In this document: positions 1 to 10,884 of the stretch, in pieces
How positions within the stretch are numbered: position 1 is the first letter of the stretch
Layout of the letters: each line of letters begins with the position of its first letter
DNA from: Zygnema circumcarinatum SAG 698-1b
Taxonomy: Eukaryota; Plantae; Zygnematophyceae
DNA: 64,000 nucleotides
Direction: 5' to 3'
Assembly: GCA_037447605.1 (NCBI GenBank)
Contig: CM074819.1
Span: 952,297 to 1,016,296 of the forward strand
Notes under the pieces: model-generated
The model's database searches: none
What the model saw: only the letters and a program-made list of their open reading frames with translations
Told to the model about the DNA's origin: nothing
Position numbers and translations under genes: made by a program

Positions 1-3000
1 CGTACGGGCTCCCCCACCGACGTGAAAATCTGTGCGTTTCGGATGTGGTCGCAGAGCTCCTCCACGAGGGGCTCATCCCGGCCGTGGGAAACCACCAGGA
101 GTCGGAACGCCTTCACTAAGCTCTGTAGCGCGCCTTCCCAGTCTCCGGAACACCTGCAGCCACAGACAGACTCAGACTCTAGCTCTCCCTCCCCCTCCCC
201 CCTNNNNNNNNNNTCCCCCCACAGACCACACCCTTGGGCTCTCCTTGTCTCCTTTCCCCTCGCCCATCTCTCCAAGAACACAGACTCAGGCTCTCCCTGT
301 TACACTTCACTTCTCTCCGTCTCCCTCACCACTCCCTCTCCCTCCTCACCCTCCCTTCCTTCCCTCGCTCCCTCTCGTGAAAAAGGTAAAACGAGTCCCT
401 GTGTTTAAGGATTCAGAAGGTGAACGTGAGGGAAGGAAGGACCTACATTTCAAGCTTGCCGAGAGCGTACAGCTGCAGACCTAAGGGAGGCTCCAAGGGA
501 GGGTAGACAGCTGCATAGCCCTCTCCCTCCCGCAAACAAAGTTATGGGCATTTCCTGTTGGTTCAATGGTTGTCCGAAAGAACTCCTAAGACTACTGCAG
601 ATAGAGAGGGGAGCATTGAGATGTTAGTTTGATGTCAAATCATAAAGCAGAGAGCGAGAGGTAAACGAGCAAAACCCTGCCATTGCTGCCCACCTTCAAA
701 CACAGGAATCGTCTTCCTGCAGACCTCCACAGCCGCTTTCCAGTTCTTCTCCTTCAAGTATACCTGTTGCATCCCCTATGTGTGAGAGAGAGAGGACGTG
801 CAGTTCAATTATACCTGCTGCATGCCAAGCCTTCTATGAGAAGGAGGAAGGGGAGAGATGGGAGGGTGGGGAGAGAGAAAGCGATGTTCAAGTATTATCT
901 GAAGCATGTCATGCCCCCTATGAGAGAGAAGGAGGGGAGAGAGGAAGCCAGAGGGGAGGGTGGGGAGAGGGAGAGAGAGAGCATGCCGTTCAAGAGTGCC
1001 TGCTACACGCCATGCCCCCTATGAGTTCGAGGGAGAGGAGGACGAACAAGAGAGGGAGAGAGGAAGGGAGAGAAACATGCCTCTCTGAGCAGCTCCCGAG
1101 TTACATGAAGAGTGGCGTTGTTGCGGTGAAGCAATCTCTCTTGCAGCTTCGCCGCCTCCTCCAGCAAAGGCCGTGCGGCTGAGAATTCTGCCCGAAGAAA
1201 AGGGAGAAGTAAAAAATTCTCTCCCTCTCTCACATATACAAAACAAGCACATGAATTACTGCTCCTATCGGCCCTAAAGCTGCCACTCCCTAATAAGATG
1301 AACTCCCTTTCACTGGTTGCCTCTCCATACTGAGAACATTCAGCAGTATGATAATTTAGCTCTAGTCAACTGTATAATTTAGGGTCTTCAGGGCTATAAT
1401 TGTTAGTACTTGCAGCTTTGTGCAGGAGCTGAGCCTTCTCCACCATGGCCCGAGCAGCCTTTGCTTCAGACTCCGCCTCTTTCCTCTCGCGCTTTTTCCC
1501 ACATTTTCGGCATTTGAAAAAGTTATTATCTGAACCTCCCCACCCCTCTAACAGTAGTTTTTTGAATCCTGCTTTGGACCCATCGGTTGTGATCATAACG
1601 AGAAAGCAGAAAGCATGTTATAGGCTCTTTCTCATACTTTGAAGACCACCCAATGAGTGCAACAACCAACAGACCGGCCGACCGGCCAACAACCCGCCCG
1701 CTAAAATTCCTGAATATTTCACAATTTCTCCATTCTCTAATGCATCTTCATAAAGGAGAGAGTAATCGCATAACCGAGCAACGTAACCTGATGTGTGCCT
1801 GTATGCTTATTTATGGTTTCAAATAGGTGTTACATGGTGATTTCTTACATTCTGCATATGTATGTGTGTGATGGCTCTCGCACCTTGAGAGAGAGCGAGA
1901 GCTCCCTCACAGCTCCTATCAGAGCAGCAGAAGCCCTCAAAGACAGAATCTTCCTCCTCCACTTCTGAAGGTTCCTACACTCACAGAACACAAGCTGTTA
2001 ATTGAACCATAGGGTTTTCTCAAGGTTAAAAAATACGGCTAGCACACACTTTAGGGTTTCACGGAAGAGATTGTACGGTGGCCTTTTCAGGATGCTTGGA
2101 AAGAAAATGGCATTCGAGCGTATCAAAAACTTAAAAAGGTAGAAAGAAAAAGAATCAACTAATCTGTAATCTGAAACCCTTCTAAACTTTCTATACTCTA
2201 ATTTAAATGCAAATTAATTTTAGATTATCTTTAGATTCGATGAGAGATCTTCAAACTCCTTTACCTGGTCCGGTGCATCTTTCACACATGCAGTGGAAGA
2301 AGTACTGCTTCCGAAGGTGCTCCCTCCTCACACTGCTCGAGGCTGCAAGCTCGCAGTAGGCAAACGAAATCTGGAGAGAAACTCCAAATGAAATTGACAG
2401 CAGAAAGAGAGAAATGATCCGAGATAAGGCAGGAGGGAGAGGNNNNNNNNNNAGGGGGGAGGGGGGAGGGGGGAAGGAAACTTCAAAAATCAAAACTCGA
2501 TACTCAGTTGTTTCAAAGCCATTTCCGTAACCTCCAACCAAACCGGATGGCATCTGGAGATGAAACTTCTTTTACCGCAATCGTCTGTCCATTATGCTTA
2601 TAGGGTCTTGAGGGTTTCTAGATTTACTTGAAGATTCCTAGGGTTTCTAGAAGACTTTTAGGGTTTAGAATTTTAGGGTTTCTTGTACCTCCTCCCCCGC
2701 CTGCACGGGGTGCAGTGCGCGCAGCCGCGCGTGTCTCCCTCGGAAGAGGACGGTCGCGTTAGGGCGGCAGCTGCCCTCCGTCCCGATGCCAGGTCAGCAG
2801 CAAAACCCGTAACCCGAAACCCGTCAAACCACCCTCGGGAAAAACTAAAAAGCAAAAGCCTAAAAGCTCTTGAACCAAAGAAGTGAAAATCCCAAAACGA
2901 CCCCAAAAGCCTTTGCAAAACTCCCAGACTACCCCCCCCCCCNNNNNNNNNNCCCCCCCCCCCCCCCCCCAATAAGCTTCACAGACACTCTTAGAAACAA

Positions 3001-5365
3001 CTCTACTTTAACATAACAAGCTCCCCTAAGTAACTCCAGAAATCGTTACAAACCCCTACAGAACCCAAGGAACCCGAAAACAACCCGACAGAAAACCTGA
3101 AGAAGAAGAAGAAGTTCTTAAACAAGATTTTATGCATGTGAAAGGTAACAAACCTGTGGTTTATGATGGACATGATGTGGAGGAAGCCCGAGCCACGCAT
3201 CTGCAGTTCGAAGTTGCTGATACTGAACACGTTACAGGAGATCTGCACATAGAACTCGCACTTCTCTTGTCTAAGCTTTTGTTCCAGAGAACTTTCATCT
3301 TCGAGGGATAAAAGTACTACAAGCCTCCAAATGAATCAAGAATTGAATCAATATTTGATTCAAATCTTCAAATCTTTGAAGTTTTTGGCGAAAAACTCGG
3401 CCGCAAGTCCATACTTGGAAATTCATGATTCTGTTCAGATTGTCACAGGATATGAGAAATTCTAACGTGGTTCTCTAAAGTTGACTCACTCGGCAAAGAA
3501 GCTCCGTGATGGTTCTAACACTCGGATTTCCCAAAGGCTTCATCGACTTCACAAGAACTGCCATCTCAGCAAACTCTGTCAATCTTTCCTTTGGAAACTT
3601 GTCCATATCTGGAAAAGAAAAAGAATGGAATTTGAAGTCACGGAAATTCTCTAACTCACATTACCACTGTTATTTTGAACAGTACATTATGATTCCTTCA
3701 CATAACTCGTCAAAAAAACCCTTCTTGTTTTCTTTCTGAACCTGAAGTCATTCCAAGAATAAGGAGTGATGCAGACTGTCAAAGTTCATGTGATAATATT
3801 GAGCGGATACGAGTGGGAAAAAGGTTCACAACCTCCAAGCTGTCAATGGCTGACTCTTTCAAGACCTGCTATAAAACAAAGAGGAAAAAAAGTTCACATG
3901 AACTAAGGAATAGCCTTGAACGAAATGAAAATAGAAAAACCCAAATCTTGCGACGGAACCCTAATCTGCAAATAGCCATCATTCCGAAGAATGATGAGTT
4001 TCCTTTCGGGATTTGCTGGTTTGAGTTGAAGATTTCTCACCCCCTGTGCGAGCAGCGCCCCTTTGATAAAGATACGGAGAGCCAATCGAAGGGTTGGAAC
4101 AGGGGGAGCCCTTTCCTGATTCGCCACTACTGCCATAATCGCCGGACATTCGTAAGCGTGAACCTTCCACTGCTTCCTCTACAAAATCCTCAACAACAAG
4201 CAAAAACGAGAAAAAATCTGTTTCCGTTACCATTGACAACTCTCTCTCACTCTCTCTCGCTCTCTTTCTCTCTCTCCCACTCTCTCTCTCGTTCTCGCTC
4301 TCTCCTTCTCTCAGATAGAAAGGGAGATAGCGCGAGACGGAACGGAAGAGGAAGAGAGGGGAGGACGGGCAATAGAGGGGGGGAGGGGGAAAGGAATTGC
4401 AGAAAGACGATAAATGAGATAAAGTGCCTGTTCTAATATTACAAGAAAGATGCAAAACGATGAATGTCCTGGTGAGAAGATACCTGGCATTCGACCGAGC
4501 AGTAGCGAACATGTTTGCATTTGGAGCATTGCTTCAGGTTGGGCTTCTCAAGAAAGCAGCTGTCACACATTTCCTGCTGCGCTTCATTGCTTAGAACCGC
4601 TTCAAAGGCCTCGTGTTCCAGAATTAGCTCCCCTGCACAAGGACAGCATTTCCACCATGCAGAACTCCTGAAATCAGGTGATTCTGCCTGTGATGTAACA
4701 CATGCAATGCATAATCACGTGTGAATCATGCACGTGGCATGCATAGAATGTGATACTCTTTCGCGAAATGCTCGGTACAATAACAGGTGGTGAAGTTTGA
4801 AGATTGTTATTTTTTTGTTTTGTTGTTGTAGTTCGTGGTGGTGGTGGTTTCTTTTTCCCCAAAAATCGGACTGTAAACCAAAGCGCCGTTGAGGCATCAT
4901 GTGATTTGAGGAGCATGCAAGGAAGTGTGTCTTCAAAAGACTCAATACAAACAACTCCTCGGCGCATTATCCCACTTAAAATATCCCAAAAGCTTCCATT
5001 CGAGATTTGCAAAAGAAGAAACATTCAATGTTCAACCTTTTTCAATGTTTCTCTTAACGTTCGAGTCTCCAAACGTTTCTTGCATTTCCTTAAAACAACT
5101 AAACGGTATCAACTCTTCAACTAATTCAAGCTCATACTCCAAAACGACTGAAAAAACCTCTTATTTCGTGATCCTGAAGCTTTCCAACAACCACAAGTTG
5201 TAGGGCTTCTGGCAATACCTGCAAGCCTGCAGCGGTCCGCAGCTCACCTGCAGCGAAGGAGCGCCCCGCGAGGAGGCAGCGGCCCTTTTCCGGAGAGCGC
5301 CCGAAGCGGAGGCCTCGCTCCTCCAGCCACCGCGCCACTCTCTCCTCCGCCTCCGCCATGGCCAT
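1..5365 (-). CDS. SMYD-family SET-MYND histone lysine methyltransferase (ASHR1/SDG37-like), multi-exon, 3' end runs off the window
   Basis: Spliced reading: exon 5248-5365 MAMAEAEERVARWLEERGLRFGRSPEKGRCLLAGRSFAAG; exon 4484-4632 with MYND finger (CDSC..CSKCKHVRYCSVECQ); SET pieces ISCNVFSISNFELQMRGSGFLHIMSIINHS (~3150-3240) and CRPNATVLFRG (~2690-2770); post-SET YFFHCMCERC (~2260-2370); TPR-like C-terminal exons at ~1-150, 445-480, 700-780, 1080-1170. GT-AG sites seen at the exons checked. Confidence 0.9.
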
Positions 5366-5550
5366 GGCTGCCAGCTTGCTGCTTCCAGTTATGGAGGTGG
5401 GGGGGAGGAGAGGGAGAGTGGGAATGGGACAAGACAGGCAACAATAACGAATGGGGGATCGCCATGTGTACAAATTCGCCACGTGGCGACTTTCTATTGG
5501 AAGATGCCCTTGTATGGGGAAGGGAGAAAGGGACCCCTCCCTAAAAGAAA

Positions 5551-5690
5551 GTTCCGTACCGTACAATTTCCTTGGTCTTTTTTTTTTGATAAGGACCAGA
5601 ATTGTATTTAATTACAATGTATCCATACAGCTTGGCTGGTACCCCCCGTACTGTACAGTACTGTACTGTATTGGCAAGTACAGTACCGTT
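5551..5690. promoter_or_regulatory. GTAC-rich cluster upstream of the SMYD start codon (possible SBP-box sites, or a pentamer microsatellite)
   Basis: About nine GTAC cores in ~140 bp (ccgtaccgtac; gtactgtacagtactgtac; gtacagtacc), 190-330 bp upstream of the ATG at 5365. Confidence 0.3.
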
Positions 5691-5858
5691 ATATTGGCCG
5701 TCGCACGATGTCGCATGAGGGTGATGCGACGCATGGGATTGGCCAATTACGCTGAGCGACGTCGCATATCGCAATATTCCCCACTCTCTCGCCTCTCTCA
5801 ATTCCTAAAACGAGCAATGCTTGCACTACAGTTCGCTTCCTACATCCTATCAACTGAA

Positions 5859-6136
5859 CAGTGGCGGCCCTACATATACGATTTTGGGGGCTAAGCCCCT
5901 CCGGAGGTTTGAAAATTCAACTTTTCTAAATTTATCTTATGTGCTTATGCTGAAAGAGGGCTTAGCCCCCCCTGAGCAGAAATCCTGGATCCGCAACTGG
6001 TCTAAGCCCCCCCTCAGATTTTGAAAATCTGTTCGAATTTGAAGGTTGGATACCAGGAATACACTCAAAATTCAGATTTACTTTCCCAAATTCACTGGTC
6101 AGCACCCCTCTAAACTAAAATCCTGGATCCGGCCTG
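5859..6136. mobile_element. Non-autonomous hAT-type MITE (family A), 278 bp
   Basis: 8-bp TSD CAACTGAA at 5851-5858 and 6137-6144; imperfect CAG..GG termini (CAGTGGCGG / CCGGCCTG); a second internal right-end-like motif AAATCCTGGATCCGCAACTG near 5979-5998. Confidence 0.8.
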
Positions 6137-6171
6137 CAACTGAACCTGGGTTATAAAATTGCATACAAATT

Positions 6172-6450
6172 AATCAGGGTATTTCAATTCGGTATTATTA
6201 TATGGATCTTTTTAATACACGAAACTGTAAACTTAAATGATGTTTTGTACCAAGTATTTCAAACACGAGAAAGTAGCAGATGTAATAGGGACAATCAGGA
6301 GTGAACTGATGGCTACCACCACGTCAATATGGCACTCTACCACTGAGTTGTCCCCAATTTGGAAAATTTATATACAATTATTATTAAATGCATTTTCGAA
6401 AATATTTTGATATAAAATAACGCAAATACAGGCTAATTGCAAATAAACAT
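6172..6450 (-). pseudogene. Decayed nuclear plastid-DNA insertion (NUPT) containing pseudo-trnV(GAC) at 6286-6355
   Basis: Diverged copy of 8133-8415; the tRNA part has a 2-bp deletion in the acceptor/D region and an altered T-loop relative to the intact copy at 8246-8317; embedded in ungapped nuclear sequence. Confidence 0.8.
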
Positions 6451-6594
6451 TCAAGTAAATGGAATTGGAAGTGCTTGGACAGAAGGCTGCACGCACACTG
6501 CGCATTGTACCAAGATCTTGATCTTGATCTCGATCAATCACCACACAGGGAAGAAACAAGGACTGTGTGCGACCCAATGAAGGGNNNNNNNNNN

Positions 6595-7063
6595 TTCAAA
6601 TGAATAAGGGCTTATGGTGGATACCTAGACACCTAGAAACGATGAAGGGCGTAGAAAGCGACGAAATGCTTCGGTTAACTGCGAACAAGTATACCCGGAG
6701 ATTCCCGAATAGGGCAACCTGTAAACTGCTTGCTGAATTCATAAGCAAGTAAGAGACAACCTGGTGAACTGAAACATCTTAGTAACCAGAGGAAAAGAAA
6801 GCAAAAGCGATTCCCTTAGTAGTGGCGAGCGAAACGGGAACAGCCTAAACCGTCTTATCAGACGGGGTTGTGGGGGGACATTGTACTTTGAGAATAGCTA
6901 GGTGAAACAGTTGAATGCTGTACCCGAGATGGTGATAGTCCAGTATCCGAAAGCGTTTCCAAAGTTTGTTCTAACCCGAGTAGCATGAGGCACGTGAAAC
7001 CTCGTGTGAATCAGCGAGGACCACCTCGTAAGGCTAAATACTCCTAGGTGATCGATAGCGAAG

Positions 7064-7096
<33 letters not shown>

Positions 7097-7216
7097 ATAG
7101 GGGAGTGAAATAGACTATGAAACCGTAAGCTTACAAGCAGTGGGAGGAGAATCGAATCTTTGACCGCGTGCCTGTTGAAGAATGAGCCGGCGACTTATAA
7201 GCAGTGGCCTGGTTAA
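6595..7216 (+). rRNA. rrl: Plastid 23S rRNA, 5' fragment (gap-bounded contig)
   Basis: Starts TTCAAATGAATAAGGGCTTATGGTGGATACCTAG and contains the conserved GAACTGAAACATCTTAGTA and AGTACCGTGAGGGAAAGG 23S motifs; N gaps on both sides. Confidence 0.95.
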
Positions 7217-7226
7217 NNNNNNNNNN

Positions 7227-7809
7227 ACGGTGATGCTCCTATACACCAGGCTGCTTCTTCTATCTCTTCTTCCATACTTTCTAAAACAGGCTGTATAGTA
7301 CGTACAATAAAAGGAAGTGACACAAACATCATAGCCATCAGTACACCTAGTCGGCTAAAAGCGATTTTAATTCCAAGCCACGAACAAATTGGTCCCATCC
7401 AGCCTTTATCACTATATACAGTCATCAGCGTCAACCCTCCTACTGATGTAGGCAGAGCAAAAGGTAAATCTACTGCAGCATCTAAAGCTCTTTTTCCTGG
7501 AAAACGATATCTGACTAATATCCAAGCAAGTATTAAACCGAAAAAACAATTAATTAAAGCTGCGAGTCCAGCAGTCAAAAAGGTTACTTTATATGCCGAT
7601 AGTACTACGGGTTCAGTTACTACCTGAAGAATAGTATACCAAGATTGTTCTTTAGCTCTTAATAAAAGTGCTAAAACAGGTAAAACGAGTATAAATCCTC
7701 CGTAATGTAAAGCTACAGTTAACACCAATTCAAAATAAGTTAAAAATCGAATATGGGTTTGATTGATGCCTAACAGTACTGTGTGAGGTAGCAAGCCCAA
7801 TGGAATCAT
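7227..7809 (-). CDS. cysT: Plastid sulfate ABC transporter permease CysT, 5' part
   Basis: MIPLGLLP...[16 protein letters not shown]...[11 protein letters not shown] (EAA motif); no introns, AT-rich, closely resembles streptophyte plastid CysT. Confidence 0.93.
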
Positions 7810-8245
7810 ATTATAATATTGTTATTGTTTATTGTCACCACACACAACGATATAAGTATATAAAAAAGACAAGTTGTGTATTATAATGTGACTATCACAC
7901 TTATTGTGTATACAAATTGCTTATCGATCATAATAATGAGAACAAGATGTGTAATAACAAGTATCCTATAAGAACCTCTGATTTATGATGGTCTCAATAT
8001 ACAACAATGGAAGTGTCATGCTTAAAGGATATAATTATCAATGAAACGGATTCAATATGCTAAACAAAATATTAGCGTATTGAATCTTGAATAGCGGTTA
8101 AATTCTAAAGTATACATTGATTATTGCAAAAAATCAGGGTATTTCAATTCGGTATTATTATATGGATTTTTTCAATATACTAAACTGTAAACTTAAATGA
8201 TGTTTTGTACGAAGTATTTTAAATAAGAGAAAGAAGCAGGTGTAA

Positions 8246-8317
8246 TAGGGACAATCAGGATTGAACTGATGGCTTCCACCACGTCAATATGGCACTCTAC
8301 CACTGAGTTATGTCCCC
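8246..8317 (-). tRNA. trnV-GAC: Plastid tRNA-Val(GAC)
   Basis: Reverse complement GGGGACATAACTCAGTGGTAGAGTGCCATATTGACGTGGTGGAAGCCATCAGTTCAATCCTGATTGTCCCTA: 72 nt, paired acceptor stem, anticodon GAC, resembles plastid trnV-GAC; one mismatch in the anticodon stem. Confidence 0.88.
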
Positions 8318-8690
8318 AATTTGGAAAATTTATATACAATAATGATTAAATGCATTTTCGAAAATATTTTGATATAAAATAACGCAAATACAAACCAATT
8401 GCAAATAAATATTCATATAAATGTACATACGAATATCTATTGCAAACAATACAACTAAGCTTATAGTGTAGTTCCAGATTAAAGAGGCTTGTGGGTTTGA
8501 CACTATCTATATGTATATATATAATTAAACCAAGCTTTGTTTAAAGTGTGCTGAGTATAGGATTTGTTAATTATTGTTTCAATGGGAGCAATAACAATAA
8601 ATATTTTGGATTATTATTTACAACAATAGGTGATTGTGTTAGACGCAAAACTTATCATGCATCACAACCTAAAGTATTCTATAGTTAAGG

Positions 8691-9095
8691 TTCAAATGAA
8701 TAAGGGCTTATGGTGGATACCTAGACACCTAGAAACGATGAAGGGCGTAGAAAGCGACGAAATGCTTCGGTTAACTGCGAACAAGTATACCCGGAGATTC
8801 CCGAATAGGGCAACCTGTAAACTGCTTGCTGAATTCATAAGCAAGTAAGAGACAACCTGGTGAACTGAAACATCTTAGTAACCAGAGGAAAAGAAAGCAA
8901 AAGCGATTCCCTTAGTAGTGGCGAGCGAAACGGGAACAGCCTAAACCGTCTTATCAGACGGGGTTGTGGGGGGACATTGTACTTTGAGAATAGCTAGGTG
9001 AAACAGTTGAATGCTGTACCCGAGATGGTGATAGTCCAGTATCCGAAAGCGTTTCCAAAGTTTGTTCTAACCCGAGTAGCATGAGGCACGTGAAA
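8691..9095 (+). rRNA. rrl: Plastid 23S rRNA, 5' fragment (second copy, identical to 6595 onward)
   Basis: Same sequence as 6595-6999; contiguous with the AT-rich spacer carrying trnV and cysT. Confidence 0.95.
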
Positions 9096-9105
9096 NNNNN
9101 NNNNN

Positions 9106-9767
9106 TAAGACTACGCTGGCAATTGCAGTAGCTCCTTTGTAGTCATACTGTTCCAATCTTTGAAATATAAGTACAGAGACAACTAAATCTTTCATAGGAA
9201 TGTTAGATGCTACTAATACAATTGAACCATATTCTCCGATTGCCCTAGAAAAACCAAGAGCCGTTCCTGTTAATAGAGGAGATATCATGGGAGGAAACAA
9301 TACATGCCAAAATGTGGTCCACGGTGATGCTCCTATACACCAGGCTGCTTCTTCTATCTCTTCTTCCATACTTTCTAAAACAGGCTGTATAGTACGTACA
9401 ATAAAAGGAAGTGACACAAACATCATAGCCATCAGTACACCTAGTCGGCTAAAAGCGATTTTAATTCCAAGCCACGAACAAATTGGTCCCATCCAGCCTT
9501 TATCACTATATACAGTCATCAGCGTCAACCCTCCTACTGATGTAGGCAGAGCAAAAGGTAAATCTACTGCAGCATCTAAAGCTCTTTTTCCTGGAAAACG
9601 ATATCTGACTAATATCCAAGCAAGTATTAAACCGAAAAAACAATTAATTAAAGCTGCGAGTCCAGCAGTCAAAAAGGTTACTTTATATGCCGATAGTACT
9701 ACGGGTTCAGTTACTACCTGAAGAATAGTATACCAAGATTGTTCTTTAGCTCTTAATAAAAGTGCTA
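9106..9767 (-). CDS. cysT: Plastid CysT, middle and 3' part (gap-bounded contig overlapping the first copy)
   Basis: ALLLRAKEQ...[12 protein letters not shown]...[18 protein letters not shown]...ATAIASVVL; identical to 7227-7675 in the overlap. Confidence 0.92.
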
Positions 9768-9777
9768 NNNNNNNNNN

Positions 9778-10356
9778 GCCCCCCCTCAGATTTTGAAAAT
9801 CTGTTCGAATTTGAAGGTTGGATACCAGGAATACACTCAAAATTCAGATTTACTTTCCCAAATTCACTGGTCAGCACCCCTCTAAACTAAAATCCTGGAT
9901 CCGGCCTGCAACTGAACCTGGGTTATAAAATTGCATACAAATTAATCAGGGTATTTCAATTCGGTATTATTATATGGATCTTTTTAATACACGAAACTGT
10001 AAACTTAAATGATGTTTTGTACCAAGTATTTCAAACACGAGAAAGTAGCAGATGTAATAGGGACAATCAGGAGTGAACTGATGGCTACCACCACGTCAAT
10101 ATGGCACTCTACCACTGAGTTGTCCCCAATTTGGAAAATTTATATACAATTATTATTAAATGCATTTTCGAAAATATTTTGATATAAAATAACGCAAATA
10201 CAGGCTAATTGCAAATAAACATTCAAGTAAATGGAATTGGAAGTGCTTGGACAGAAGGCTGCACGCACACTGCGCATTGTACCAAGATCTTGATCTTGAT
10301 CTCGATCAATCACCACACAGGGAAGAAACAAGGACTGTGTGCGACCCAATGAAGGG
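9778..10356 (+). repeat. Exact duplicate of 6006-6584 (MITE right half + NUPT relic with pseudo-trnV at 10058-10127)
   Basis: Appears base-identical at an offset of 3772 bp; the first copy ends in a gap and the second begins after a gap. Confidence 0.9.
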
Positions 10357-10884
10357 TGAAAGAATAATTTTTTTTTTTTTTTTAATACTAAAACATTGGA
10401 AGGGAGCCACAAGTTGCGCATCCCAACACTGTCGGCACTTTCTGCACTCGCGCTATGAAACTCTCAAGACTCCCTAAAACAATTCTAGCTATACAGGTCC
10501 AACAATAAACGTATTGAATACTATCTAACTTGGTCCAAAAGTGGCGTACGTTTTACAAAAAAATATGAGAAAAAAACCCCCTTCACAATCTATGATCAGA
10601 CACTGCATCACTCTCCTTAGAATCGACATGCCCCACATCTTATTTTAGACCCCTGAGCCAACTCATTTTGTGATCCCATCATGTGGCATGTCTGCGCCTC
10701 TGTACTCACCTTCCCCACCTTGTTCCCCTTCACAACCTTCACCTTCTCCCACATCTACCTCCTCCCTTTCCTACACTCAACAAAACCCTAAACAAAAACA
10801 CCCCCCGAAGCCCCACTGAAGGAATTCCCTTCACATTTGCTTTCACCTCCCTTTTTAACCTTCAAACTTTAGCTGGTATCAGCT

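Noticed and set aside
6286-6355. Additional functional trnV genes (also 10058-10127)
   Set aside because: 2-bp deletion and T-loop change relative to the intact copy; treated as pseudogenes.
6595-9767. Bacterial contamination or horizontal transfer of a sulfate transporter and rRNA
   Set aside because: The CysT N-terminus, 23S 5' end and trnV-GAC are plastid-type; CysT is a known plastid gene in non-vascular streptophytes.
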